NCBI GenBank assembly: GCA_964541675.1
Contig: CAZIPW010000001.1
Location: 1,447 to 65,446 of the forward strand
Direction: 5' to 3'
DNA length: 64,000 bases
From: an uncultured Verrucomicrobiota bacterium
GTDB lineage: Bacteria; Verrucomicrobiota; Verrucomicrobiia; CAZIPW01
Within the stretch, counting starts at the first letter, position 1; each line of letters starts with the position of its first letter. The translations under genes and the position numbers were made by a program. The notes beneath the pieces are model-generated. The model did no database searches, was not told the DNA's origin, and saw only the letters and a list, made by a program, of their open reading frames with translations. Below are positions 37,891 through 47,393 of the stretch, in pieces.

Positions 37891-38910
37891 ATGGCAGGGG
37901 AGCGTTCCATCATCTTGATACGCCGCGGGCTGGGTGGTCCGGGCGGGGCTGAGCGTGTCTTTGCCAAATACAAGGCAGCCCTGGAAGGCAACCGGCTGGT
38001 GATCACGGTCAGCGAGAAGGGACTCAAGTTTGGCCCCAGCTGGCTGAAGGCCATGCGCTTTGCCCGCCGGGCAGACCGCGAGATAGCCGCGCATCCGGAG
38101 GCGCTCTCGTTGAGCCTGGAGCGCGGCCCTTCGGCGGAGATCTTCCGTGCGGGCGACGGCGTCCACAAGCGTTATCGTCTTTTGGCAGGAATCTCCCTGA
38201 ATCTTTTTCACATGATCGCGCCCAAGTTGGACGAAAAGAGCTTCAAGGCGGCGAAGGTCATCATCGCCAATTCCGAGATGGTGCGCAAGGAGATCAGCCA
38301 GTATTATCCGACCTGCGCGCCGAAGATCCGCGTGGTGAGAAACGGCCTCGATATGAAAAAGTTCTCCCCCATCTTCCCCAAAGGCGAAGACCAGCAGGCC
38401 ACCCGTCGCCGCCTGAAGCTTCCCGAAGATGGCGAGCTGGTTCTCTTCATGGGGAACGGCTGGAAGCGCAAGGGCTTCAAACAGGCGTTCGAGATCGCGA
38501 AGCTCTCCGGTGCCCGTCTGGTGGTGGTGGGAAAAGGGAAGGGAAGACTCCCGCGGGGCGTTCTCCATGTCGGACAGGTCGACAATATGCCGGACTACTA
38601 CCGCGCCTGCGATGTCTTTGTCCTGCCGACTCTCTATGATCCGTGCAGCAGTTCGGTGATGGAGGCGCTTGCGTGCGGGATCCGGGTGGTTACGACTCGT
38701 CAGAATGGCGCCGCGGAGCTCATCCGCCACGGACAAACCGGCTTTATCCTCTCCGCGCAGGACAAGGATCTTGTCGAGGCGGCAGCCTGGCTTGATAATC
38801 CGCCGCCGCTGACCCCTGAGGAGATCTCGCGGACGGTGGGTGGCTTTACGGTGGAAAAGGAGATCGCGGCGCTCCGGGAGATCTTCAGGGAAGTGGAGAA
38901 GGGGAAGTAA
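37891..38910 (+). CDS. Glycosyltransferase family 4 (LPS core type)
   Basis: GGAER, IANSEMV, NG.D, KRKG, DVFVLPTLYDP, MEALACG. Confidence 0.88.
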   Translation: MAGERSIILIRRGLGGPGGAERVFAKYKAALEGNRLVITVSEKGLKFGPSWLKAMRFARRADREIAAHPEALSLSLERGPSAEIFRAGDGVHKRYRLLAGISLNLFHMIAPKLDEKSFKAAKVIIANSEMVRKEISQYYPTCAPKIRVVRNGLDMKKFSPIFPKGEDQQATRRRLKLPEDGELVLFMGNGWKRKGFKQAFEIAKLSGARLVVVGKGKGRLPRGVLHVGQVDNMPDYYRACDVFVLPTLYDPCSSSVMEALACGIRVVTTRQNGAAELIRHGQTGFILSAQDKDLVEAAAWLDNPPPLTPEEISRTVGGFTVEKEIAALREIFREVEKGK

Positions 38911-38912
38911 AT

Positions 38913-39323
38913 ATGGAAGATTTTACGGGTGTTATTATTGAAGAATCGCTGAAGGATCTCTCAATCTTAAAAAGCTTTGAGATTACTGCCACCCGGGTAA
39001 AGGCTATGGAGCCTGGTAACAAACAACCGTGGCTGAAGCAGTGGACTCTGCATACAGTAAAAGTTCCGGCGGAGCGGGCCAAATTACTGACGGAAGAGCT
39101 TAGACCACAGCTCATTGAAAGGGTGTTGTATAAGGGAGCTTGGCGCAGGGATAATTGGTATGCCGATTGGAGAAATGCCACTCATCATTATATTATTTTC
39201 CCTCAAAAGATATTCTATGTGGATCGTCATAGGAAAGAGGAATATGATGAGGCCTCTACTTATGGTATTTCAATAGGTATTCCACCGCAACAAGTTGATT
39301 TTAGACAGAATGTTCTTTCATAA
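38913..39323 (+). CDS. Hypothetical protein (AT-rich)
   Basis: Clean 136-aa ORF abutting its neighbours: GVIIEESL.D, PWLKQWTLHTV, WYADW.N..HHYIIF. Confidence 0.75.
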   Translation: MEDFTGVIIEESLKDLSILKSFEITATRVKAMEPGNKQPWLKQWTLHTVKVPAERAKLLTEELRPQLIERVLYKGAWRRDNWYADWRNATHHYIIFPQKIFYVDRHRKEEYDEASTYGISIGIPPQQVDFRQNVLS

Positions 39324-40102
39324 TGTCCTCCCTTCCCCCCATATCCGTCTGCCTGCTCGTGAAAAACGAGGCCGATCGTCTTGAGAGAAGCATAGCGCCC
39401 TTCATCGGGAAAGTCCCCGAGATCATCGCCTATGACAACGGTTCCACCGACGGTTCGCAGGAACTGCTCAAAAAAATGGGCGTGACCGTTTTTGAAGGTC
39501 CCTGGATGGGATTTTCCAGGAGCCGCAAGGCGCTTTGGAGCCTGGCAAGGCAGTCATGGATCCTCTGGCTGGATGCCGACGAGATCTTTCCTGAAGAGAC
39601 GGTGCGCGCCCTCGATGCCGTCGGTCTGATGAGGGAGGTCGGGGGCTACAGCGTCTGTCGCCAGGTCGTCTTTGAAGGCCGGCGCGTCCGTCATGGGGAC
39701 TGGTTCCCGGACTGGGTCTTGCGGGTTTTCCCAAAGGACGGCTATGCGATGGATGATCGGCAGGTTCACGAGTCGGTGTCGGTGACAGGACAAGTTTCTC
39801 CCCTGCCGGGTATCGTCGAGCACCATTCCTTCAGAGACTGGGAGGATCTGGAGAGGCGCAGTCGGCGTTACGCGGAGCTTTGGGCGCACCAGGCCTTGAG
39901 CGAAGGGGCAAGGCCACCTGCCGCCTGGCCCCGCGCGGTCTGGAAGTTCTTTCGCGGCTATTGTCTAAAATCAGGCTGGCTCGACGGCTCTCTTGGGTTT
40001 AGAATAGCCTTCCATAATGCAGGAGAAGTCTACAGTAAATACAAACTCCTCCAGGAGATTGCCCGAAATAAGGGTGGAAAGCCCCCAGTGGGACCAGTTT
40101 GA
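39323..40102 (+). CDS. Glycosyltransferase family 2
   Basis: KNEA, DNGSTDG, W.GFS, WILWLDADE, VHE. Confidence 0.9.
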   Translation: MSSLPPISVCLLVKNEADRLERSIAPFIGKVPEIIAYDNGSTDGSQELLKKMGVTVFEGPWMGFSRSRKALWSLARQSWILWLDADEIFPEETVRALDAVGLMREVGGYSVCRQVVFEGRRVRHGDWFPDWVLRVFPKDGYAMDDRQVHESVSVTGQVSPLPGIVEHHSFRDWEDLERRSRRYAELWAHQALSEGARPPAAWPRAVWKFFRGYCLKSGWLDGSLGFRIAFHNAGEVYSKYKLLQEIARNKGGKPPVGPV

Positions 40103-40898
40103 GCTGATCGACTCGGGGGACGGCCAGAAACTGGAGCGGTGGGGGAAAAAGATCTTCATCCGTCCCGAGCCCAAGGCCCTGTGGAGGAAATCCAATCCGG
40201 CGCTCTGGCAGAAGGCCGAGGCGGTCTGCGATGAGAACGAGAGATGGAACAAACCCTTCGAAAAGTTCTTTTTGGAACGAGAGGGGCTCAAGTTTGACCT
40301 GCACGCTTCACAGGAGTCCAAGCACATAGGACTCTTTCCAGAACAGGAGCCGCACTGGCGCGCTATCAAAAGTGCCATGAAGCCGGGGGATAATCTCCTC
40401 AATCTCTTCGCATATACGGGATCGGCGAGCCTCGTTGCCGCCCAAGCCGGCTGCAGGGTGACCCACGTAGACGCCAGCCGCCCTGCGGTTGAGTGGGCCC
40501 GAGAGAACGCAGGCTTGAGCGGGATGGAAAGCGCGCCCATCCGCTGGATTGTGGAGGACGCGATGACCTATCTGAGACGCGAGGAGAAGCGGGGCAATCG
40601 TTATGAGGCCATCCTTTTGGATCCGCCTTCTTTTGGCCGCGGACCGAAAGGCGAGCTGTGGAAGATAGAAAAAATTGCGGATTTGCTGGACGCCTGCGCG
40701 AAAGTGCTCAGCCCAAACCGCAGAATGTTGCTTTTGACCATGTACAATCTGGAGGCCTCGGCATTGACGCTTGATAGCCTCCTTAAAACTGATAGTCTTA
40801 AAGCCGGGGATATCGAGATCGGCGAGCTGGCCCTGAAGGAAAGCTCGGGCGGCCGGTATCTTCCCCTTTCTCTCTATGGACGAGCGCGTTGGCACTAA
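40059..40898 (+). CDS. Class I SAM-dependent methyltransferase (RlmI/RlmK-like)
   Basis: LIDSGDGQKLERWG, GLFPEQ, LNLFAYTG, VDAS, LDPPSFGRG; start approximate. Confidence 0.85.
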   Translation: MPEIRVESPQWDQFELIDSGDGQKLERWGKKIFIRPEPKALWRKSNPALWQKAEAVCDENERWNKPFEKFFLEREGLKFDLHASQESKHIGLFPEQEPHWRAIKSAMKPGDNLLNLFAYTGSASLVAAQAGCRVTHVDASRPAVEWARENAGLSGMESAPIRWIVEDAMTYLRREEKRGNRYEAILLDPPSFGRGPKGELWKIEKIADLLDACAKVLSPNRRMLLLTMYNLEASALTLDSLLKTDSLKAGDIEIGELALKESSGGRYLPLSLYGRARWH

Positions 40899-41355
40899 AA
40901 AGGATCCGCTGCAAAAGGCGAAAGGGATCATCATGCACCCTGACGGGATCCTACTGATGCATCGGATCAGGAAGGACGCGCAGGGCGGGGAGATCCAGTA
41001 CTACGTCTTTCCCGGAGGCGGCCGCGAGATTGGCGAGACGGTGGAGCAATGTCTGCAGCGGGAGATCTTTGAGGAGGCGGGCGTGCACGTCAAGGTGGGC
41101 AGGGAGTTTGCCCGTCTGAAGTTCGAAGTCAAAGAAGAATATTACATCCTCTGTGAATATCAAAGCGGGGTCGTTGGCAGTGGGGAAGGTCCGGAGTATT
41201 CGGAGGAGTGGATCAAACAGCGTGGGCTCTACATCGCCGAAGTGGTGCCCCTCTTCAAAGTTCCCCAGATAGATTTGAAACCCTACGCCATCAAAAGAAA
41301 GCTGGTGGAACATCTGGTCAAAGAAGGGAAGATCGATGCCGCGGGAAAGCCTTAG
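40876..41355 (+). CDS. NUDIX hydrolase
   Basis: FPGGGREIGETVEQCLQREIFEEAG Nudix box. Confidence 0.88.
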   Translation: MDERVGTKKDPLQKAKGIIMHPDGILLMHRIRKDAQGGEIQYYVFPGGGREIGETVEQCLQREIFEEAGVHVKVGREFARLKFEVKEEYYILCEYQSGVVGSGEGPEYSEEWIKQRGLYIAEVVPLFKVPQIDLKPYAIKRKLVEHLVKEGKIDAAGKP

Positions 41356-42292
41356 GGAGCATCTCATCATGCTCAGAAGCGCGGGGGTGCGGACGCTTTC
41401 GATTCCTCCGGAGCAGAGCAAAAGGTTGCGCGCGATTTTGGGTACTCCCGCAGAACAAGCGCCGTCGCAGCCGGATTCTTCCACCCACCCCTTGCCCCGC
41501 CCTCAGGGCGGGGTGAATATTATTGGGGCTGGTGCCCCTGTACCCCCTTTGGGGTCGGTAAGATCTTTTTCCACCTCCAGGTCAAAGGCCGTCCAGCGTA
41601 CCCCAGAATCCACCATGCTCTCCGCCAAAATAGATATTACCGCCATAGAAGCTCTCCCCTTGCCCTCAGGCGACAAGAAGAGCCAGTGGGCGTGGCTTCG
41701 CGACAGGGTGCTCAACGATCCGGAAGTCAAAAGCCACGTGCGTGCGGGCGTCCAACCTGTTTTTGGCGTGGGGAACATTGATAGCCCGATTTTCTTTTGC
41801 GGAGAAGCCCCCGGAGCCGAGGAAGAGCAGCAGGGCGAACCCTTTGTGGGCAGAGCGGGACAGCTCTTAACGAAAATAATAGAGGCTATGGGCGTCAAAC
41901 GCTCCGATGTCTATATCGCCAACATATTGAACTGGCGTCCCGAGAAGGATGATATGACTTCCGGCAATCGCCCGCCGACCATTCAGGAGATGGCCAAGTG
42001 CATTCCCTTCCTCAAGGCACAGGTAAATGTCATAAAGCCGCAGGTTATCGTGGCGCTGGGAGCGACGGCCTGCACGGGGCTTCTGGGGGAGGATCCCGAC
42101 CGCCGGATGGGGGATGTGAGGGGGAAATTCTTTGAATTCAACGGGACGCCTGTCATGGTGACCTATCACCCCTCCTATCTGCTGCGCAACAATACCAACG
42201 CCGCCAAAAGGGTGGTCTGGGAGGACTTCTTGCTGGTGATGCGCAGGGTTGGGATGCCTGTTACCCCGGCGCAAGAGAAGTATTTTCTGTAG
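41336..42292 (+). CDS. udg: Uracil-DNA glycosylase family 4 with a long N-terminal extension
   Basis: VFGVG, GEAPG.EE..QGEPFVGRAGQLL, RPP...E..C, TYHPSYLLR. Confidence 0.92.
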   Translation: MPRESLREHLIMLRSAGVRTLSIPPEQSKRLRAILGTPAEQAPSQPDSSTHPLPRPQGGVNIIGAGAPVPPLGSVRSFSTSRSKAVQRTPESTMLSAKIDITAIEALPLPSGDKKSQWAWLRDRVLNDPEVKSHVRAGVQPVFGVGNIDSPIFFCGEAPGAEEEQQGEPFVGRAGQLLTKIIEAMGVKRSDVYIANILNWRPEKDDMTSGNRPPTIQEMAKCIPFLKAQVNVIKPQVIVALGATACTGLLGEDPDRRMGDVRGKFFEFNGTPVMVTYHPSYLLRNNTNAAKRVVWEDFLLVMRRVGMPVTPAQEKYFL

Positions 42293-42301
42293 GCCTTGCA
42301 T

Positions 42302-42502
42302 ACCCACCATTAAAATGGCGGGCTGATCCCAGCTTACGCTGGGTTGCGTCACTATCCGTGCTCTTCGGGCCCGCCGCGACGCCGGACAATCCCGAAACAT
42401 TATTAAAACGTTAGCGTCGCGGCGAGCCCGACTTGTCGGGAGAGGAAAGCGCCGCAATGTCTGAAAGACCCATCGCCTCGGATTGAAATCCGAGGCGATG
42501 GG
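42302..42502. repeat. Transposase-free REPIN-like element related to the tnpA flanks
   Basis: 42413-42472 is 56/60 identical to 15185-15244; 42303-42319 CCCACCATTAAAATGG matches 14597; perfect 15-bp stem at 42469-42502. Confidence 0.88.
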
Positions 42503-42564
42503 CTCAGATTTAGTCAACCGATTCTACTCTCGACCTGATGGCCTTCAAACGTTAGAACCGACCT

Positions 42565-43155
42565 ATGCCGCACAAATTTGCCCTCCTTGTCATTGACGCC
42601 CAGAAGTGCTACACCGATAAGTCCTCGGAGCTCTACTGCCCAGACTGCCGGGGAACGATCAGCCGGATCAACTCCATCGTAAAGGCGTTCGAGAAAAAGC
42701 ACCTGCCCGTATTCTATATCCGGCATATTCACAAGAAGAACGGCTCCGATTTGGGTCGGATGTTCGACTACATGGGAGAGGCTGCCGCGGACTTTAATTT
42801 CAAGGAAGGCTCTGCCGAGATTGGGTACGACAAGGGCTTGTATCTGCCCAAAGCGCGTATTGAGGTCAGGAAAAACCGCTACTCATCTTTTGTTGGGACA
42901 GGGCTGGACGCGAAGCTCAGGAAGCTTCACGTTGATACCGTGGCCATCACGGGATTTATGACCAACTTCTGCTGCGAGTCGGCCGCCCGTGACGCGCATG
43001 ACCTGGACTATTTCGTGGACTTCGTCATCGACGCGACGGGAACCCCCGGGACGCAGACGATGAACGAAAAACAGGTGAGAAAAGCAGTTGCGGATTTCAT
43101 GGGACTGGGATTTGCGCGGGTCAAGAGTACGAAAGAGTTTCTGAGGCTGGCTTAG
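42565..43155 (+). CDS. Isochorismatase-family cysteine hydrolase
   Basis: ALLVIDAQ, KNRYSSF.GT.L, GFMTNFCCESAARDA. Confidence 0.9.
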   Translation: MPHKFALLVIDAQKCYTDKSSELYCPDCRGTISRINSIVKAFEKKHLPVFYIRHIHKKNGSDLGRMFDYMGEAAADFNFKEGSAEIGYDKGLYLPKARIEVRKNRYSSFVGTGLDAKLRKLHVDTVAITGFMTNFCCESAARDAHDLDYFVDFVIDATGTPGTQTMNEKQVRKAVADFMGLGFARVKSTKEFLRLA

Positions 43156-43292
43156 CCTAACCCCTGTTTCCTTTTTTCTCCCCCCAAGGAGCCGAAAAGT
43201 AAACACATGGTTTAAGAAGGAGAGTACCGCAGGCTGCAATCCCCGGACTGATCCAGCCTTCGCACAAGGCTATGGCGGACTATGACTCCGGT

Positions 43293-43330
43293 GCTACACC
43301 CGTATCGTCCGGGCAGGCCGGACTTGTCTG
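43293..43330 (-). repeat. REP-like repeat left of pal
   Basis: Reverse complement is 32/38 identical to 44234-44271. Confidence 0.75.
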
Positions 43331-43550
43331 ACAACTCTCAAAGATATTCTGGCTCTCACGCCAGTCTCTCGTGGTTTAACAGACCAGTCCTGTTTATCAG
43401 GACGATCCGAAGAATAGCCCCGTACTTTAGTGCGGGGGTGGGGAATACCGTTTACTTCTTTCTACCCCCGGGTAGCTGAAAAGTAAACGGATTTTACAAG
43501 GGGAACATCCCCTTGACTCGCCAGGCGTTTCGTCATTAGACTCTAGCCAT

Positions 43551-44117
43551 ATGCGCAACACTCTTTTTGTGCTCTCGATTGCCACCCTGGCCCTGCTGAC
43601 GGCAGGCTGCCAACACCGCCAGACCCCCTCCGCCTCCGACACGGTTCTGCGCTCCTCCTACAGTGACTCCGCCGCCGGCGACAACGCGACAGGGAATGCC
43701 GTTAACGGCGACAGTTTGGCCGCCCAGGGGCTGCAGTCCCGCGACAGCAACTTCGGCGCGATCGATGACGCCAACCTTGAGCGCGGGGTGCTTCCCTCCG
43801 TCTTTTTCGATTTTGACCGCGCCACCATCAAGGCCTCCGAGAGAGCCAAGCTCCAGCAGGCTTCCGAGTATCTGAAGACCAATTCCACCCGCAAGGTTCT
43901 CATCGAGGGGCATTGCGACTGGAGGGGCACCGCCGAGTATAACCTCGGTCTGGGTGACCGCCGCGCCAAAGCCGCCAAAGAGTACCTGCAGAGCCTGGGC
44001 GTGGAGGAGTCCCGCATCGGCACGGTCTCCAAAGGCGACCTGGAGGCCACCAAACACGGCTCCGAGGAACAGATGTCCCAGGATCGCCGCGACGACCTGT
44101 TGCTCCTGAAGCAATAG
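43551..44117 (+). CDS. pal: OmpA/Pal-family lipoprotein
   Basis: Lipobox LTAGC, VFFDFD, IEGHCDWRGTAEYNLGLGDRRA, SKG. Confidence 0.9.
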   Translation: MRNTLFVLSIATLALLTAGCQHRQTPSASDTVLRSSYSDSAAGDNATGNAVNGDSLAAQGLQSRDSNFGAIDDANLERGVLPSVFFDFDRATIKASERAKLQQASEYLKTNSTRKVLIEGHCDWRGTAEYNLGLGDRRAKAAKEYLQSLGVEESRIGTVSKGDLEATKHGSEEQMSQDRRDDLLLLKQ

Positions 44118-44176
44118 GCCTTTCGCCACGGACTGAACTCCGTGGCTATTGCCCGGATCGTCCCGACGAGCGGGAC
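44111..44176. repeat. REP-like hairpins at the pal stop
   Basis: GCCACGGA-CTGAAC-TCCGTGGC and GTCCCG-ACGAG-CGGGAC. Confidence 0.65.
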
Positions 44177-44233
44177 TGGTTTGTTTTTCCTCCAAAGAAT
44201 ACTTGGCCAGACCATATGTCCTTCAATGTCTAC

Positions 44234-44291
44234 CAGACAAGTCCGGTTTACCCGGACGGTTCGAGTGTAGCCACGTACTTCAGTGCGTGGC
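44234..44291 (+). repeat. REP with GTAG tetranucleotide, right of pal
   Basis: GTCCGG-TTTAC-CCGGAC then GTAG-CCACG-TACTTCAGTG-CGTGG. Confidence 0.75.
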
Positions 44292-44341
44292 GTGAGCAGT
44301 TAGTGCTTGCTATCTGGGATAACTAATACTAAAAATTTGCC

Positions 44342-46279
44342 ATGCCTGCGACGGTAGCCGATATCTCCAAACTGAAGGAATCCATCCGTCAGAGCTTCCG
44401 CAAGGCCTGCCTTAAAAGGCTTGAGGGGCAGGAGGCCGACGCCATCAGGATTCTGCAGGAGGAACTGCCCCCGAAAGTGCGGGAATGGAAGAGCGTGGAC
44501 GAGAACGCTTCCGGTTCCATAGAGACTCTTTTGGCCGACGAGTTGGCCCGCACAGAGAGCGCCCACTGGGTTGTCCGCGAGCTGGAGGCCCGACAGTCCC
44601 TGCTGGTGGCCAAGCTGGAGCTCGACCTCAACGCGCTCAGGGAGAAGCTTTCTGATGGCTCACGTCAGGCCATAACAGTCCACGAGGCGCACGTACTCCA
44701 CGGCAGAACCTCTCAGGAGATATCAGAGCGGCTCCGCTCCGGGCTATTGGAGGCTTTCTCCTCTCATACGGGTAACCTCCAGGAGCTGCCGTCGAAGGCC
44801 GAACTCGATCTGCAGATAGATCAGGTGCGGGCGGGCATCAAGAACGGGGCGGACGGTATTGTCGGAAAAATTGCCACAACCGAGGTGATAGAGGAACTTC
44901 TCCGCGAGAATGTGGAGCCCCTTGAAACGAGGATTGGCGCCAGAGTGGAGAGTGCAAGCGTGCGTGTGGTCAGCGAGATTGCCGATAAGTTGCAGATCGC
45001 CGTGGCAAACGCGCTGGAAAGCAACAAAGGAGCGCTCAAGGATTTGCCCTCAAAAGCGGAGCTGGATCAGCAGATAGAAAAGGTTCGCGGCGGGGTTCAG
45101 GGTGCCATAGAGGGGATCGTGGCCCGCGTGGTGACGACCGAGATAGTGGAGGAGCTTTTGCGCGCCAGGCTGCTTGAACTTTCTGACAAAATAACACGCA
45201 CAGTAGCGGACGAATCCACGGTGCTGCGGCAGGGCTATACGGACGCCGTTGCCAGACTTGGACAGCTTTTTGCCGAGGAACTTTCCGGCTACGAGGCGCG
45301 TGAGATCCGCAAATGGGCTGATCGTCAGAGCGTATGGACGCGCCTCCAGGAGAGCTCCATCAAGAAGAGCGATCTGGACGCGGCCCTGTGGCAGGCGCAG
45401 AACTCCATCGGAGACCGCATTGAGGGACAACTGCATTCGGTGGACGGGCTGTCGGCCGAAGTGAAGAATATTCTTGAGGAGAAACTGCAGAAGCTCGTTA
45501 CGGCTGAGGCTTTTGAGGAGAGGCTGATGACCTCCTCCACCATGCTGCATGACGCCCTCAGCAAGTCGCAGCAGGAGGCGATGGGCTCCCTGCAGGGCCT
45601 GCTGGAGAGGCGCTTGACGGACGCCACGGCGCAGATATACCAGCGGGTCAGCTCTCTTGTCTCCTTTGCTGACTGGGAGCGCATTACGCGCGAAACAAAC
45701 GCCAAACTCTCCAAAGAGATGGCGTCGTGTATTTCCGAAGGCGTAGGCAAGATAGGGGAGGAGTCCGCAAGGATCATCGAACGGCTTGAAGCCTCCCAAT
45801 CCGGCCGCGCCCAGGCTACGATGGTACAGTTGCAGGCAATCCGCGAGGCTATCGACAAGCAGGACAAGGGATCCCTGCAGGTGTCGCTTCTTGAAAACCT
45901 TCGTGCCTTCAGCGAGCGGATCGCCACCATGATGATAGAGACCTCCGCCCGCCAGGAGCAGGCGGCGGCGGCGTTCCAAAAGGATCAGACCGACGCGCAG
46001 ACGCAGACTTTGGGTATGCTCTTGTCGCAACAGCAGAATTTTCTTGCGGCCCAGGAGGCGGTCAATGGGCAGATCCGCAAGACGCTGGAGGAGATCTGCG
46101 CCCGTCAGGCCTCTTTGGAGAACGATCTGCGCTCCATTTCGGCCTCGATCGACAACCGTATGCGCGACCAGTTGCATCTGCATCAGGCCGAGATGAAGGC
46201 GCTCGGTCACAAGTTGGAAGAGGAGCTTTCCCAGGCCGTGGGCAAGAGGCTCAAGAATATGAAGATCACCACCGAATAG
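44342..46279 (+). CDS. Large alpha-helical/coiled-coil hypothetical protein with an internal 86-aa-spaced repeat
   Basis: LPSKAELD.QI..VR.G......GIV....TTE..EELLR occurs twice, 258 nt apart (44786 and 45044). Confidence 0.8.
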   Translation: MPATVADISKLKESIRQSFRKACLKRLEGQEADAIRILQEELPPKVREWKSVDENASGSIETLLADELARTESAHWVVRELEARQSLLVAKLELDLNALREKLSDGSRQAITVHEAHVLHGRTSQEISERLRSGLLEAFSSHTGNLQELPSKAELDLQIDQVRAGIKNGADGIVGKIATTEVIEELLRENVEPLETRIGARVESASVRVVSEIADKLQIAVANALESNKGALKDLPSKAELDQQIEKVRGGVQGAIEGIVARVVTTEIVEELLRARLLELSDKITRTVADESTVLRQGYTDAVARLGQLFAEELSGYEAREIRKWADRQSVWTRLQESSIKKSDLDAALWQAQNSIGDRIEGQLHSVDGLSAEVKNILEEKLQKLVTAEAFEERLMTSSTMLHDALSKSQQEAMGSLQGLLERRLTDATAQIYQRVSSLVSFADWERITRETNAKLSKEMASCISEGVGKIGEESARIIERLEASQSGRAQATMVQLQAIREAIDKQDKGSLQVSLLENLRAFSERIATMMIETSARQEQAAAAFQKDQTDAQTQTLGMLLSQQQNFLAAQEAVNGQIRKTLEEICARQASLENDLRSISASIDNRMRDQLHLHQAEMKALGHKLEEELSQAVGKRLKNMKITTE

Positions 46280-46289
46280 GTGTTTTTTT

Positions 46290-47393
46290 ATGAGGAGACT
46301 GGTTATAGGCGTACTGGCGTTGGTCACAGTACTGGGAGTATGTGGAGCGCAGGACAAGGAGGCAGTGAAGATAGGCGGTATCTTTAGCATCTCGGGAGAC
46401 TGTTCGGTAAGCGGCGACCAATTTTGTGATGGAGCGTTGCTAAGGCTGAAAGAACAAAACTCCAGGCAATCGCTATTCGACTACAAGATGATTGTCGAGG
46501 ATGATGCCGGAACCCAGATGCGCTCGGTACTGGCCTATCATAAGCTGGTGAGCGTCGATAAATGTGATGTTATTTTTGATATTTGGGCCGGTCCGGGGGC
46601 TGCAATCGCTCCTCTGGCGGCAAAAGATAGACGTCTGGTTATTAATTCCAGTTGGTTTGCCAAAATAGCAGACGACCCGTTGGCCTTTATTCATTGCACG
46701 CAACCCGTTTCCCAGGCAGAGCTGATGGCCCGGACTCTCAATGGCTTGGGAGTCAAGCGGGTGGCTGTAATGTATTTCTACCAGCAGGGGGCGATTGCTG
46801 GGGCGGAAGCCTTTGCCAATCGAGCCAGACGTTTGGGTATGGAAACAAAGGAATTGTATTTTAATCCGGGAGAAATTGACTTTAGAGGGCATTTGTTAAA
46901 GTTTCACGACTTTAATCCCGATGCGTATATGCTGATTACGCTTAATCCTGAGTTTGAAATATTGCTGTCCAGAATAAAACAGAGCGGCTTCAAGGGAATC
47001 GTGACTTCTATAGAGGGCTTTACGTATCTGGATAAGCTGGATAAGTACAGCGGATATTTCTTTGTTGAAGGCAATCAACCCACCGATGAATTCAAGAAAA
47101 GGTATTTGGCTGAGGCGGGTAAGGCAACGGCAGGGTACGTTGGTAACGGTTACGATATGATGGATTTGGTCATCTATGCCTACGAGACAGCCGGAGCCAA
47201 GCTCCACCGCAAGCCAACGACCGCCGAAGCTGCCGAAGTACTGCGACATCTGAAGGATTATCCTGGCGCGATAGGGCCGCTGACGATGGGGTCAAACCGT
47301 GTGATACAGTCCCAAGCGGTACTCAAATACATCGAGAACGGCAAGGCAGTCCCTGTGACGATAGAAGAGTTAAAAAAGAAGCTCCAAAAATGA
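46290..47393 (+). CDS. Orphan periplasmic binding protein, LivJ/type-1 PBP family
   Basis: Signal peptide, IGGIFSISGD, VEDD, KLVSVDK, NPGEIDFR, YPGAIG. Confidence 0.85.
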   Translation: MRRLVIGVLALVTVLGVCGAQDKEAVKIGGIFSISGDCSVSGDQFCDGALLRLKEQNSRQSLFDYKMIVEDDAGTQMRSVLAYHKLVSVDKCDVIFDIWAGPGAAIAPLAAKDRRLVINSSWFAKIADDPLAFIHCTQPVSQAELMARTLNGLGVKRVAVMYFYQQGAIAGAEAFANRARRLGMETKELYFNPGEIDFRGHLLKFHDFNPDAYMLITLNPEFEILLSRIKQSGFKGIVTSIEGFTYLDKLDKYSGYFFVEGNQPTDEFKKRYLAEAGKATAGYVGNGYDMMDLVIYAYETAGAKLHRKPTTAEAAEVLRHLKDYPGAIGPLTMGSNRVIQSQAVLKYIENGKAVPVTIEELKKKLQK

